Below, piece after piece: positions 37,058 to 47,320 of a stretch of 64,000 nt of DNA (the first letter of the stretch is position 1; every line of letters starts with the position of its first letter). The notes beneath the pieces were generated by a model. That model did not search any database and was not told the DNA's origin. It saw nothing but the letters and a program-made list of their open reading frames with translations. A program made the translations under genes and the position numbers. The stretch is from positions 9,461-73,460 of the forward strand of contig CAZDQD010000118.1 of the NCBI GenBank assembly GCA_964507425.1, in the 5' to 3' direction. This DNA comes from an uncultured Vicinamibacteraceae bacterium (GTDB lineage Bacteria; Acidobacteriota; Vicinamibacteria; Vicinamibacterales; UBA8438).

Positions 37058-37911
37058 AGGTTGAGCCGCCTGTGCTACTCGGTCTTGAATGCTATCGTGA
37101 TCTCGTCAGTAGGGCTTTAGCCGAGGATGTTCGGACCGGTGACATCACGACGGACGGTACTGTGACACCTGGACAGCGCGGCCGTGGCGAACTGCGAACA
37201 CGAGAAGACTGCGTTGTGGCTGGTCTCGATGTTGCCGTTGAGGTGTTTCGGCAGTTAGACGCGAAGGTCACCGTTGACCCAATTAAGTGTGACGGCGACT
37301 CGTGTTTTGTAGATGATTTGCTACTAGTGGTTGATGGGAAAGCCGGTGCATTACTCACGGCGGAGCGGACGGCGCTTAACTTTTTACAGCGGTTATCTGG
37401 AATTGCGACAGAGGCTAGACGTTTTGTTGAGGTGGTATCTGGGCGGTCGGTTCTTCTCGATACGCGAAAAACCACGCCGATGTTACGCCTGCTGGAGAAA
37501 TATGCCGCGCGTGTTGGCGGTGTCGTGAATCATAGGTTCGCTCTCGATGATGGCATATTGGTTAAGGATAATCATGTTCGTCTTGCCGGTTCGATTGGTG
37601 AGGCTGTCGCGCGTTTGCGGAAACGTAACCTTAGTCTTCCGATTGAAGTTGAGGTTGGTTCGTTGCAGGAATTAAATGAAGCTTTAGCAGCAAAAGCCGA
37701 CGTCGTACTAATAGATAATTTTTCTCTAGAGGGGATGCAAGAGGCGATTTCTCGCTGTCGAGATCTCGCAAAAACAGAGATATCAGGCGGTGTGGTACTT
37801 GGAAATATTGATGCGGTCGCGTCGCTCCGACCTACGTACATTTCGGTGGGCGCGTTCACGCATTCGGCAGCAGCGATTGATATGAGCTTCAATATGGTGG
37901 CGTCTCCATGA
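37054..37911 (+). CDS. nadC: Nicotinate-nucleotide diphosphorylase (quinolinate phosphoribosyltransferase)
   Basis: ALAEDVRTGDITT, ERTALNFLQRLSGIAT, LLDTRKTTP and ILVKDNH. The TTG start overlaps the valS stop. Confidence 0.9.
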   Translation: MKVEPPVLLGLECYRDLVSRALAEDVRTGDITTDGTVTPGQRGRGELRTREDCVVAGLDVAVEVFRQLDAKVTVDPIKCDGDSCFVDDLLLVVDGKAGALLTAERTALNFLQRLSGIATEARRFVEVVSGRSVLLDTRKTTPMLRLLEKYAARVGGVVNHRFALDDGILVKDNHVRLAGSIGEAVARLRKRNLSLPIEVEVGSLQELNEALAAKADVVLIDNFSLEGMQEAISRCRDLAKTEISGGVVLGNIDAVASLRPTYISVGAFTHSAAAIDMSFNMVASP

Positions 37912-38714
37912 CGCAGTTGCTGCCAGATGATTTTGCTGAAGCCGTGTCTGCAAGGCCGGAATTGTGCGGGTATAGGTTTGAATACGAACCGGTTGTTTCC
38001 TCGACAAATGATGTGGCGGTTGCCCTCGCTGGTACGAATGTTGAAACCGGAACGGTGGTTCTCGCTGACCGACAGACTGCTGGACGCGGTAGGCGTGGTC
38101 ATGGCTGGTATTCACCAGCAGGAGTAGGGGTTTACATGTCTATTATTTTCAGGCATGTGTCGTCACCCATGGTCACACTACTTGCTGGTGTGTCAGTTAT
38201 CGAGTCTATTCATGCGCTGACGGGTGTAGATGCTGAGTTGAAATGGCCTAATGATGTGATCGTTCGCAGTGGGTCAAAACAATCTGATGGGTTGCGGGTG
38301 CGGAAGGTCGCCGGCGTTCTCGTGGAGGCATTGCCGGCGGAGTCTGGTGCTGGAGTTGTTGTTGGCATTGGGGTCAATGTGCATTCAAGTTCACTCCCCG
38401 TAGAGCTAGAGGGAATTTCGGCGTCACTTGATGAGCTTTCCGATACCAAAACTGAACGAGGACCTTTGTGTGCTGATATTCGGGTTCGTCTCGACGAATG
38501 GTTAGATCGGCTTCAACGGGTGGGGTCGTCGAGTGTAACGGAGCGGTGGAAAGAACTCTCTCCGAGTAGCCACGGTGCGCTTGTGTCATGGGAAGAGATG
38601 GGGATTAGGAAGAGTGGGACTACTAATGGAATTGATGAGACAGGGGCGCTATTAGTATTGTCGGAGGAAGGCGCTGAACGTGTTGTAGGGGGCGAGCTGT
38701 CTTGGAAATTGTGA
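37908..38714 (+). CDS. birA: Biotin--[acetyl-CoA-carboxylase] ligase (no N-terminal HTH domain seen)
   Basis: QTAGRGRRGHGWYSPAG is the GRGRxGRxW-type biotin-binding loop. LKWPNDV is also present. ATGA overlap with nadC. Confidence 0.85.
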   Translation: MTQLLPDDFAEAVSARPELCGYRFEYEPVVSSTNDVAVALAGTNVETGTVVLADRQTAGRGRRGHGWYSPAGVGVYMSIIFRHVSSPMVTLLAGVSVIESIHALTGVDAELKWPNDVIVRSGSKQSDGLRVRKVAGVLVEALPAESGAGVVVGIGVNVHSSSLPVELEGISASLDELSDTKTERGPLCADIRVRLDEWLDRLQRVGSSSVTERWKELSPSSHGALVSWEEMGIRKSGTTNGIDETGALLVLSEEGAERVVGGELSWKL

Positions 38715-38721
38715 TGAAACG

Positions 38722-39501
38722 ATGAAGCTTCTCGCAATTGACGTAGGTAATACGAATCTCGTTTTCGGTATTTTCACTGACGACAGATTGGACGTGTCGT
38801 GGCGCTTGTCCACTGTGCCAACTCGAACGGCCGATGAACTGTGGGTGCTCGTTAGTCGACTATTGGCTGAGCGGAAGATTGAACAGAAGATGGTTGATGG
38901 CGTCATTATGTCGTCGGTTGTACCTGAATTAACGAACACAATGTCAGAGATGGTGTCTCATGCTTTTAATAGATCTGTGGTTGTCGTGGACGAGACCAAA
39001 GTTGGGATGCCAGTGCTCTGTAAGTCTCCGGGTGAAGTGGGCGCAGACCGTCTCGTGAATGCCGTTGGAGCTTTAGATTTGTTTGGCTCGCGTGTTAGTC
39101 CAATGGTTGTTGTTGATTTTGGTACTGCCACGACGTTTGATGTGATTTCAAAACGAGGAGAGTATCAGGGCGGCGTTATTTGCCCAGGCATTGAAATTTC
39201 TGCGGATGCGTTATTTGAACGAGCTGCGCGGTTGCCACGCGTGGTCGTAGAAAAACCTTCGTCGATAATCGGAAAGACAACTATTGAATCGATGCAATCA
39301 GGTTTGTTTTTTGGTTATCTTGCGATGGTCGAAGGCATCATTGTTCGTCTGGCGGAAGAATGTTCTGAATCAAAGAAGCCGCTCTGTGTAGCCACCGGAG
39401 GGTTAGCGCGGCTTATTGCGGGGGAGACGGATGCGATTGATGAGGTCTGTCCGGACTTGACGTTGCATGGCCTCCGTTTGGTTTGGGAGAAAAACCAATG
39501 A
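38722..39501 (+). CDS. coaX: Type III pantothenate kinase
   Basis: MKLLAIDVGNTNLVFGIF, GADRLVNAVGA and VVDFGTATTFDVIS are typical CoaX (Baf) motifs. Confidence 0.9.
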   Translation: MKLLAIDVGNTNLVFGIFTDDRLDVSWRLSTVPTRTADELWVLVSRLLAERKIEQKMVDGVIMSSVVPELTNTMSEMVSHAFNRSVVVVDETKVGMPVLCKSPGEVGADRLVNAVGALDLFGSRVSPMVVVDFGTATTFDVISKRGEYQGGVICPGIEISADALFERAARLPRVVVEKPSSIIGKTTIESMQSGLFFGYLAMVEGIIVRLAEECSESKKPLCVATGGLARLIAGETDAIDEVCPDLTLHGLRLVWEKNQ

Positions 39502-40235
39502 CTGTCGGCCAATATTGCCGGCGGGTCGAGTCGTATATGTGCCAAAAGAACGATGGCCACCTTATTCGGATAGTCGGTCCAACATTTGACCTTGTACGTG
39601 GGTGGGCAGATGGCGGGATTCCGATATCAGTTGTTGAGCGTGCTATTGACAGGACCTACACGCGTTACTACGCGATTGGGACAAAACGTAAGCCCGTCCG
39701 CGTTGAATATTGTGAGCAGGAAGTAGTTGTTTTATTCGATGAATGGAAGCGGGCAGTTGGTATCGGGAAAATTTCACCCGTACAGTTGGATGAGTCAAAG
39801 ATTAAGGATGACACCGCTTCAGCCATTCAGGCAGTGGCCAGAAAGCGCTCGCTTTCCTCACATTTAGAAGAGGTGGGTGGCCGTCTCGAAACTTGGACGT
39901 TTGAATGCAGTGGTTCAGTTGCTGACAGTGATCTCTCCCGTTGCGTGGAAGAGACGGCGTCGGTAGTTTCCGGTATTCGTGTTGGCGCTGACCGGTTACG
40001 TGGTTCGTCTCGAACGGCAGTACTAGAGCAGCTGACTGAATTAGACGCACGGTTTATAGATTGTGCGCGTTCCATCGCCGATGACAAGCTATTAAAACGC
40101 TTGCAGGCCGAAGCAACTGAATCCGTTAAACCGTTTCGTTCGCGTATGTCTCAAGACGTTTTCGATGATACGGTGCGAATAGCAACGGACCGGCTGTTAG
40201 TTGGTTACTTTAGGTTGCCACTAGTTTCATACTAG
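39498..40235 (+). CDS. Hypothetical protein, translationally coupled to coaX
   Basis: ATG at 39498 forms an ATGA overlap with the coaX stop. The N-terminus is MTVGQYCRRVESYMCQKNDGHLIRIVGPTFDLVRGWADGGIPISVVERAIDRTY, possibly a winged-helix-like module. No family recognised. Confidence 0.55.
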   Translation: MTVGQYCRRVESYMCQKNDGHLIRIVGPTFDLVRGWADGGIPISVVERAIDRTYTRYYAIGTKRKPVRVEYCEQEVVVLFDEWKRAVGIGKISPVQLDESKIKDDTASAIQAVARKRSLSSHLEEVGGRLETWTFECSGSVADSDLSRCVEETASVVSGIRVGADRLRGSSRTAVLEQLTELDARFIDCARSIADDKLLKRLQAEATESVKPFRSRMSQDVFDDTVRIATDRLLVGYFRLPLVSY

Positions 40236-42266
40236 TCACATTCGTGGTGGCACCTCACACCCCATAAGATCGAGAGTACGAACTAATTGCTGTCGGCAGT
40301 AAAAGACCGCTGCCGCTCTCCACAACCGAACGTCCCGGTTGGTTTCTTTTAACACCGGACACTGGTGATAGAAGGTATTGAACATTTGTGCCAGATTAAA
40401 CGAGTATTTCGCGAGAACGGACAACTCAAGCGTTCGAATTGCCTGGTCGGCTATCTCATCAAGTCGGCTTGCCTCCAGCACAAGAGCCCACAGTGTTGTA
40501 CCGTCTGGATCACCTAATGAAGCATCAGATAGCGACAACACGGCAGTGACGATTTCTGTCTCGCCGCACTCATGTTGTGTTTTAAGTTTTTTTAGAATGT
40601 TTGTGGCCCGAACGACTGAGTACTGTACGTACGGACCGCTCTCACCGTCGAAGCTAAGTGCTTCTTCGATATCAAATGCGATGAGCTTTCCGCGCGAGTA
40701 TTTGATCATGAAATAACGGACGGCGGCGATTGAAATTGCTGTCGCAATTGCATTTGCCTCTTCGCTTTCCACGGTCAGGTCTTCGTGTCTCTGAATCACT
40801 TCTTGAAGTGCGGCTGCCTTTAATCGGTCAAGTAAATCATCGGCCTTGACGCCGAGACCTTTCCGTCCCGACACTTCAACAAACGGTTTCGTCGAATCTT
40901 TAACATTGACGTGTCCGAGAGCCTGAGCTGTAGCATGCGAAAGAGCTACCATCTCGTAGGATACGTGTACTGACTGTCCTGCTTGTTCTGGATAGCCGGC
41001 GGCTTTCAAGGCCTGTTTGAGCAGTTGCTGTAAGTATGACTGTCGCGTGTCAATAACGTTGTAGACTGACGCCGCTTGTCCAAAGTCGGGGGCCGTGCTG
41101 TTAGTTGAATCTGCAAGAGCGGTAGTTGTGGTCCAGGTTACGTCACCTGTTGGCCTTGTCTCGTAAGGTCGATAGTGAAAGTCCCGTTGAAGAATTCCGA
41201 ATTTCCAGAACTGATAGGCGATATCCTTGCCAACGTAAGTTACGGTGCCATTAGACCGTACGACGACCTTCGTTCTAGATTTAGGTCCGCCATCATTTGT
41301 CTCATCGAGAGAGCTGTTTTCAGTCGCATCTTGATTCGCGTCCGTGTTTGACGCGTCAATGGGCATAACCCAGCAACCGGTCTGTGGTCCATTCGTTTCT
41401 AGATAGATGGCTTGCGATTTCTTTAGGATCTCAAATGCGATTGTCCAGAACTCGAGTCTTAGAATGTCACCTTCCCAGCTGAGAAGGTCGTAGTCGATAT
41501 TCAATCGTTCCATTGTCAATAGGTGACAGCGTACGATGCTGTCAGCGATCAGCTGCCCGAGTTGAGACGTTGGTTCGGTTCCATTTTCGAGATCGTGTAA
41601 TGCCTTGGTGCGGTGTTCGAGACGAGTTTTGTCGGCTTCGTACCACTCAGTTACTTGTGCGTATAGGTCCCAGCAGTGATGGTCAAAAAGAGGTTGTTCT
41701 GAGAGCTTTTTGATCTGTTCGTATGAAGCATTCCTAAGTTGCTCAAAACCCACGACAACATCTGCAACCTGAACGCCAGTGTCGTCGATGTAGTTCTGCA
41801 CCTCAACAGGAGTGCCTCTGAAACGTAGTACGCGAACTAATGTGTCACCGAGGGCGGCATTGCGTAGATGACCTATATGTGCCGCTTTGTTTGGATTAAT
41901 TGCTGTATGTTCAACAATCGCTTTTTGTCCTTTTGCGAAGTGTTGATCTGGAGAATGATTGAGAACGTTACGTATGTAGGAGCCACGGTTGAGAAAAACA
42001 TTAATGTAACCATTTGGAGTCGCTTCTAAGTGGTCGACGCCATGTATTTCTCCCAAAGCCGAAATAATTTCATCGGCAATAACGCGTGGTGCCTTCCGAA
42101 GGGTGCGAGCCAACTCAAAAGCAACGGTGATGGCTAAATCGCCCAAAGTTCGATTCGGTGGATATTGAATCGTTATGTCCGGTATCGATGAAGACGGAAG
42201 TTGATACAACTCTCCAAGAACGGAGCTTAGTCGAGTTTTTATCAGATCGTGAATTGGTAAAATCAT
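40236..42266 (-). CDS. argS: Arginine--tRNA ligase (long form)
   Basis: NPNKAAHIGHLRNAALGD (HIGH), and the anticodon-binding C-terminal domain ending in the family-typical terminal Met (CEVPPRM). An acidic/polar insertion lies mid-protein. Confidence 0.9.
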   Translation of the reverse strand: MILPIHDLIKTRLSSVLGELYQLPSSSIPDITIQYPPNRTLGDLAITVAFELARTLRKAPRVIADEIISALGEIHGVDHLEATPNGYINVFLNRGSYIRNVLNHSPDQHFAKGQKAIVEHTAINPNKAAHIGHLRNAALGDTLVRVLRFRGTPVEVQNYIDDTGVQVADVVVGFEQLRNASYEQIKKLSEQPLFDHHCWDLYAQVTEWYEADKTRLEHRTKALHDLENGTEPTSQLGQLIADSIVRCHLLTMERLNIDYDLLSWEGDILRLEFWTIAFEILKKSQAIYLETNGPQTGCWVMPIDASNTDANQDATENSSLDETNDGGPKSRTKVVVRSNGTVTYVGKDIAYQFWKFGILQRDFHYRPYETRPTGDVTWTTTTALADSTNSTAPDFGQAASVYNVIDTRQSYLQQLLKQALKAAGYPEQAGQSVHVSYEMVALSHATAQALGHVNVKDSTKPFVEVSGRKGLGVKADDLLDRLKAAALQEVIQRHEDLTVESEEANAIATAISIAAVRYFMIKYSRGKLIAFDIEEALSFDGESGPYVQYSVVRATNILKKLKTQHECGETEIVTAVLSLSDASLGDPDGTTLWALVLEASRLDEIADQAIRTLELSVLAKYSFNLAQMFNTFYHQCPVLKETNRDVRLWRAAAVFYCRQQLVRTLDLMGCEVPPRM

Positions 42267-42272
42267 AGTCCG

Positions 42273-42869
42273 CTACGAATCATAATAGGCCGCGAGTCCA
42301 AGTGCGCGGGCATAGTCTGCGGGAGTGTTTATGTTGAAGAACAATGTGCCGTAGGGATCAAACTGAGCAAGATTATTACTGGACAAAGTTTGAGTGTCAG
42401 TATGGCGGATGAGCTCGGTCATCTGACGCGTTCCGGAGTTTATTTGCTGTTCGACAACCTCCACGCAAACGCGCTGGTACGACGCGCAGAGCGGTTGGTA
42501 TCCTCCGGCGCTACGTGGTATCCCGAGCTCCACATTACGTCCCTGATCTAATAGGCACTTCAAAAAATCCGTGGTTACAAATGGCATGTCCCCTCCGAGG
42601 ACTAGCACTTGCATAGAATTGGAGACCACCAGAGCTGTATGCAATCCGCTTAGCGGTCCATGACCGGGGAGTATATCGTTGCAAACGGGAATGCCGCACT
42701 TGGCGTATATTTCTGACTCGTTCGCTATGATAACAATCTCGTCAACAACCGGACGCAACGCATTGATTTGACGGTCTATGATCCGATGCTTACCGAGTGG
42801 AAGTAGTGCCTTTGGTCGCCCGCCTAATCGGCGTGCCCGCCCGCCAGCAAGGATGGCCGCCGTCGACAT
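42273..42869 (-). CDS. mobA: Molybdenum cofactor guanylyltransferase (MobA-like NTP transferase)
   Basis: AAILAGGRARRLGGRPKALLPL is the N-terminal nucleotide-binding block; VLGGDMPF is also present. ATG at 42869 is preferred over the TTG at 42890. Confidence 0.8.
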   Translation of the reverse strand: MSTAAILAGGRARRLGGRPKALLPLGKHRIIDRQINALRPVVDEIVIIANESEIYAKCGIPVCNDILPGHGPLSGLHTALVVSNSMQVLVLGGDMPFVTTDFLKCLLDQGRNVELGIPRSAGGYQPLCASYQRVCVEVVEQQINSGTRQMTELIRHTDTQTLSSNNLAQFDPYGTLFFNINTPADYARALGLAAYYDS

Positions 42870-42983
42870 ACGTGACTGTAACAATACCAAATTAGTTTTC
42901 AGCTAGCATCGTTCCTTGATTTGTACCCGTTGACACAATGAGGGGGCTCCGCTACGGTAGAGTCGTTAGGTATTTCGACTACT

Positions 42984-44342
42984 ATGTCGGGCATACATGC
43001 ACGCCGTTGGGCAACTGGAATTCTGTTAGCTTGGGCGCTAACGTTTGTCGCGTCCCTAGCTGTCGGGACGGCTCAAACGGTTCGCTCTGCTCGTCACCTT
43101 GTCTACGTTGCTGAGGTCGATGCCCTTATCCATCCAGCTTCGGCTGAATATATCGGGCAGACTATTGACCGCGCTGATCGCGATGAGGCGAACCTGTTGG
43201 TCTTGGTGTTGAAGACACCTGGTGGACTCGTCGACTCCACGCGAGAAATCAATTCACGCATTATTGAATCAAGGACTCCGGTAGTGGTGTATGTTGGACC
43301 GAGTGGTACCCGTGCAGCTTCTGCGGGGTTTTTGATCACGATTGCGGCTGATATTTCTGCGATGGCTCCTGGTACCCACATTGGAGCCGCTCATCCAGTT
43401 TCTGGGACCGGTCAGGCAATGGATGAAACTGCGGCCAAGAAAGCGGCTTCTGACGTGGCTGCCTATGCCCGTTCGATTGCGAGCCAACGCCAAAGGAACG
43501 TCGAGTTAGCTGAGGAAGCTGTCATGGACAGCAGATCCTTCACAGAGCAAGAGGCCTTCGATGCCGAACCTCCGTTGATCGACTTAATTGCGACCGATCT
43601 CGACGACCTGCTAAATCAGGTGGATGGACTGAGTGTTCGGCGTTGGGGTGGTGAGTTCGATGTCGTTAGGACTAGCGCTGCAGAAGTTGTAGATATTGAA
43701 ATGACATGGCGACAGAGAATCTTGAGTGCAATAGCGCACCCACAGATAGCGGTGTTACTTTTCAGCCTTGGCAGTTTAGGCCTTACCATTGAACTGTGGA
43801 ATCCTGGTGCCGCTGTTCCTGGTATTGCCGGCGGACTTTGTTTGTTGCTGGCATTCTTCGCATTTCAAATTCTTCCTATCAATTATGTGGGGCTTTTGCT
43901 GATTGCGTTCGGTTTACTTTTACTCGTTATAGAAATGTTTACGCCGACCTACGGATTACTGGCTACTGGCGGGATAGTAAGTATGGTTTTTGGCTCAGTC
44001 ATGCTGGTGGATTCTCCTGTTCCAGAATTGCAATTAGGGTGGCCATTTATCCTCTCGTCGATGGGGGCTTTAGCTCTGATTACTTTGGGTTTGGCTCGGC
44101 TTGGTATTAGCGCTCAGAGAGCGCAACCGGTGACCGGAATAAATGGAATGATCGATAAAGAAGGAGTTGCTTCAAGTGCGATTCCCGGTGGTGGGTCCGG
44201 TCGAGTGACGACTCACGGTGAGACGTGGATGGCAAAGTCTGACGAGGACATTCGGAAGGGTGATACGGTACGTGTGGTTGCTATTGATGGAATGATGCTT
44301 ACAGTGTCGCGCAAGGTGGAATCGTTAGGCGAAGAGGAGTAG
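42984..44342 (+). CDS. nfeD: NfeD-family membrane-bound ClpP-class serine protease
   Basis: Signal or anchor sequence, then a ClpP-like N-terminal domain ([28 protein letters not shown]), several TM helices, and a C-terminal OB-like tail ([36 protein letters not shown]). It lies directly upstream of an SPFH gene. Confidence 0.85.
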   Translation: MSGIHARRWATGILLAWALTFVASLAVGTAQTVRSARHLVYVAEVDALIHPASAEYIGQTIDRADRDEANLLVLVLKTPGGLVDSTREINSRIIESRTPVVVYVGPSGTRAASAGFLITIAADISAMAPGTHIGAAHPVSGTGQAMDETAAKKAASDVAAYARSIASQRQRNVELAEEAVMDSRSFTEQEAFDAEPPLIDLIATDLDDLLNQVDGLSVRRWGGEFDVVRTSAAEVVDIEMTWRQRILSAIAHPQIAVLLFSLGSLGLTIELWNPGAAVPGIAGGLCLLLAFFAFQILPINYVGLLLIAFGLLLLVIEMFTPTYGLLATGGIVSMVFGSVMLVDSPVPELQLGWPFILSSMGALALITLGLARLGISAQRAQPVTGINGMIDKEGVASSAIPGGGSGRVTTHGETWMAKSDEDIRKGDTVRVVAIDGMMLTVSRKVESLGEEE

Positions 44343-44344
44343 TT

Positions 44345-45103
44345 ATGAACATTGGACCTGAACTTATTTTTATTGCACTTGTCGCGCTGTACTTTGCTAA
44401 CGCGATCAAGATTTTGAATGAATACGAGCGGGCTGTTATTTTTCGTCTCGGAAAGCTTTACCAGAGACCGAAGGGGCCAGGCGTAATTTTAGTGTTTCCG
44501 CCTATCGATCGAATGGTCCGCGTCAGTTTGAGAACCATTGTCATGGATGTTCCGCCGCAGGATGTGATTACTAAAGACAATGTATCTGTTAAGGTCAATG
44601 CTGTTGTTTATTTCCGTGTAATGGATCCGAAACGGGCTATTGTTGAGGTCGAGAATTTTCACTACGCGACGTCTCAGTTGGCGCAGACGACTTTACGTAG
44701 CGTGCTCGGACAAGTGGAGTTGGATGGCTTGTTGTCGGAACGTGAACGTCTTAACCAGGAGTTACAGGAGATCCTAGATACGCATACCGACCCCTGGGGA
44801 GTAAAAGTGTCGTCGGTGGAAGTAAAACATGTAGATCTTCCAGTCGACATGCAGCGGGCGATGGCTGCGCAGGCGGAGGCTGAGCGAGCGAAGCGTGCTA
44901 AGATCATCCACGCAGAGGGTGAGTCAATTGCGTCGGAACGGTTGACGCAGGCTGCTGAAACCATGAGTACACAGCCGCTCGCGCCGGTGTTGAGATATCT
45001 GCAGACGCTCACTGAGATTGCTGGTGAAAAAAATTCGACTATTGTGTTTCCGTTACCAATAGATCTAATTTCCATGCTGACTAAAGGGCGTGACGAGTCC
45101 TAG
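44345..45103 (+). CDS. SPFH/band-7 (stomatin-like) protein
   Basis: [55 protein letters not shown] and [21 protein letters not shown]. This is the classical NfeD-stomatin gene pair. Confidence 0.9.
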   Translation: MNIGPELIFIALVALYFANAIKILNEYERAVIFRLGKLYQRPKGPGVILVFPPIDRMVRVSLRTIVMDVPPQDVITKDNVSVKVNAVVYFRVMDPKRAIVEVENFHYATSQLAQTTLRSVLGQVELDGLLSERERLNQELQEILDTHTDPWGVKVSSVEVKHVDLPVDMQRAMAAQAEAERAKRAKIIHAEGESIASERLTQAAETMSTQPLAPVLRYLQTLTEIAGEKNSTIVFPLPIDLISMLTKGRDES

Positions 45104-45783
45104 TGCCGTCCGATAGATTGAACGAGTTCGCGCCTACGCCAAAACAGGCAGTGTTCCTGTTTATGTCGTGCGCCGTTGTTGCGGTGGTGGTCTTTCTATG
45201 CGGTGTGCTTGTTGGTCAAGGGTTGCCACTTAGTTCTGTGCTCTCGGATCAATCCAGCCCCACGAGAGATGCTGCTGGACTAAGTCCATACGACGGGCGC
45301 CCTGCTATTGATCTACGAAGCCCTAATCCGTCTGCTGCAGCTTTGGCGGGGGACGATCTCAGTTACGGCGAACGCCTCGAGGAGGTAGGGCTTTCTGAGG
45401 GCCTTGATCGACAGGAGTTAGACGAGGCAGATATCAACCCACCTGAGGAGGCTGAAAGTTTTACGACTGATTTGCTGGAGTCGGGCTCTGAGTTGGAATC
45501 GCGCTCCGAGGTTCTGGGTCTTGAATCGGTAGCATCTGAAGTCAGTGACTCTGGGCGGTATACGGTTCAGGTGGCTGCTTTACGTGACAGAGATGCTGCG
45601 GAGCGGGTCCGGAAGCAACTCGTGGACAAAGGATACCCGGCGTTTGTTGCTGAACCATCTGCGGAACTTCCAGTTCAGTTTTTTCGGGTCCGTGTAGGTC
45701 AATACGTAGAACGTAGTGAAGCCGAGAGTGTTAAAAACAGGCTCGAGTATGAAGAAGAATTCAAACCCTGGATCACGCGCTAG
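45103..45783 (+). CDS. SPOR-domain (peptidoglycan-binding) membrane protein
   Basis: N-terminal TM helix, an acidic low-complexity linker, and a C-terminal SPOR block YTVQVAALRDRDAAERVRKQLVDKGYPAFV...FRVRVGQYVERSEAESVKNRL. The GTG start sits in a TAGTG overlap with the upstream stop. Confidence 0.75.
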   Translation: MPSDRLNEFAPTPKQAVFLFMSCAVVAVVVFLCGVLVGQGLPLSSVLSDQSSPTRDAAGLSPYDGRPAIDLRSPNPSAAALAGDDLSYGERLEEVGLSEGLDRQELDEADINPPEEAESFTTDLLESGSELESRSEVLGLESVASEVSDSGRYTVQVAALRDRDAAERVRKQLVDKGYPAFVAEPSAELPVQFFRVRVGQYVERSEAESVKNRLEYEEEFKPWITR

Positions 45784-47288
45784 TGGTTCCGTTCTTATTA
45801 GCTTCTCTCTCAGGGGTGTTACTGGTACTCAGTTTTCCTAACTACGGACATCCTGGTGTTGCTTGGCTTGCTTTGGCGCCATTAATTTTTGTCATTGCGA
45901 GCGTTTCAACGTGGCAAGCGGCATGGCTTGGGTTGTTGGTTGGGACGATCCATTTTCTAGGCACGATTTATTGGATTCCGACCGTGATGGTCGAGTACGG
46001 TGGTCTTCCCGTTGCCATCTCTTGGCTTGTGTACGCGGCATTCGTTTTGTACCTTGCGCTATTTCCATGCCTTTTTGCTGTCATGTTGTCAGTTATTGTT
46101 GGTCGTGTTGGTGCGTTAGGCCTGTTGCTAGCTCCCGCTGTATGGGTTACAACTGAACTCGGCAGGATGTATCTGTTTACGGGCTTTCCATGGGCACTTC
46201 TTGGCTATAGTCAAGTTCCCTTTTTGGCGGTTGCACAAGCCGCAAGTGTTGTCGGTGTTCTTGGAGTATCTGCACTTGTCGTATCGACAAGTGCAGTTAC
46301 TGCGTATGTGTTGACGGCAGGATTCCGAAGAAGCCGATTGCCGGTCGCTGTGGTTACGCTTGTCGTGGGAGGGACCATCGTTGCAGGTGCTTGGCGTGTC
46401 CAACAGGCGAAGCTGGTAACGGAAGGCGTAGAGCTACGAGTTGCGGCCCTGCAAGGCAATGTGGCTCAGGACGATAAGTGGAATCCTCTCAAGAGCGAGG
46501 AAATTCTGAGTACTTATGTCAGACAGAGCGAGGCTGCTTCTGAATTCGGTGCTCAGCTGATCATTTGGCCAGAAGCGGCGACACCGTTTCCGTTTGCTAC
46601 CGACCCACGTGGAGAGCGCATCCAAAGCCTAGCGGCACGTCTTGATGGCCATTTATTGATCGGCACGACAGAAATTGAGGTGGATGAAATTGAAGAACAG
46701 TCTCAGTACTATAATTCGGCCTATATGCTTGACCAGGCGGGAGAGACGGCCGGTGTTTACCGAAAACAACACTTGGTGCCATTTGGAGAGTACGTTCCTT
46801 TTAGGGAGGCATTGTTTTTTATATCGCCTTTAGTTGAGACGGTTGCGGATTTTTCGCCTGGTGCTGGTCCTCAAATTCTCCGATTGGACGATCATGGAAT
46901 AAGCGCGGCCATTTGTTACGAGATTATTTACCCGAGTTTGGTCCGTGAGTTGGTGCTCAGTGGCGCTAGTTTAATTACGACCCTGACAAATGATGCGTGG
47001 TACGGGCGTTCGGCTGCGCCGTATCAGCATTTCCAACAGGCTAGAATGCGTGCGATTGAGCAAGGTCGATACCTTGTTAGGGCTGCGAATACGGGCATAA
47101 GTGCTGTCGTGGATCCGTATGGGCGCGTGTTGGCACGATCGCGGTTATTCGAGCAGGCTGTTGTCTATGAAAATGTTAGGTTATTGCATCGATTGACCCC
47201 TTATGGACATTTAGGCGATTTGACAGCATATTTGCTGGCGTTCGTCACTTTCTTAACACTTGGCGCAACGCGACGTAACTATAAGTGA
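45783..47288 (+). CDS. lnt: Apolipoprotein N-acyltransferase
   Basis: Multi-TM N-terminal half, then a nitrilase-like C-N hydrolase domain with IIWPEAA and AICYEIIYP (catalytic Cys). A TAGTG overlap links it to the SPOR gene. Confidence 0.9.
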   Translation: MVPFLLASLSGVLLVLSFPNYGHPGVAWLALAPLIFVIASVSTWQAAWLGLLVGTIHFLGTIYWIPTVMVEYGGLPVAISWLVYAAFVLYLALFPCLFAVMLSVIVGRVGALGLLLAPAVWVTTELGRMYLFTGFPWALLGYSQVPFLAVAQAASVVGVLGVSALVVSTSAVTAYVLTAGFRRSRLPVAVVTLVVGGTIVAGAWRVQQAKLVTEGVELRVAALQGNVAQDDKWNPLKSEEILSTYVRQSEAASEFGAQLIIWPEAATPFPFATDPRGERIQSLAARLDGHLLIGTTEIEVDEIEEQSQYYNSAYMLDQAGETAGVYRKQHLVPFGEYVPFREALFFISPLVETVADFSPGAGPQILRLDDHGISAAICYEIIYPSLVRELVLSGASLITTLTNDAWYGRSAAPYQHFQQARMRAIEQGRYLVRAANTGISAVVDPYGRVLARSRLFEQAVVYENVRLLHRLTPYGHLGDLTAYLLAFVTFLTLGATRRNYK

Positions 47289-47320
47289 GCGCAAGAATTG
47301 TTCCGCAAGGAGGAAAACTG

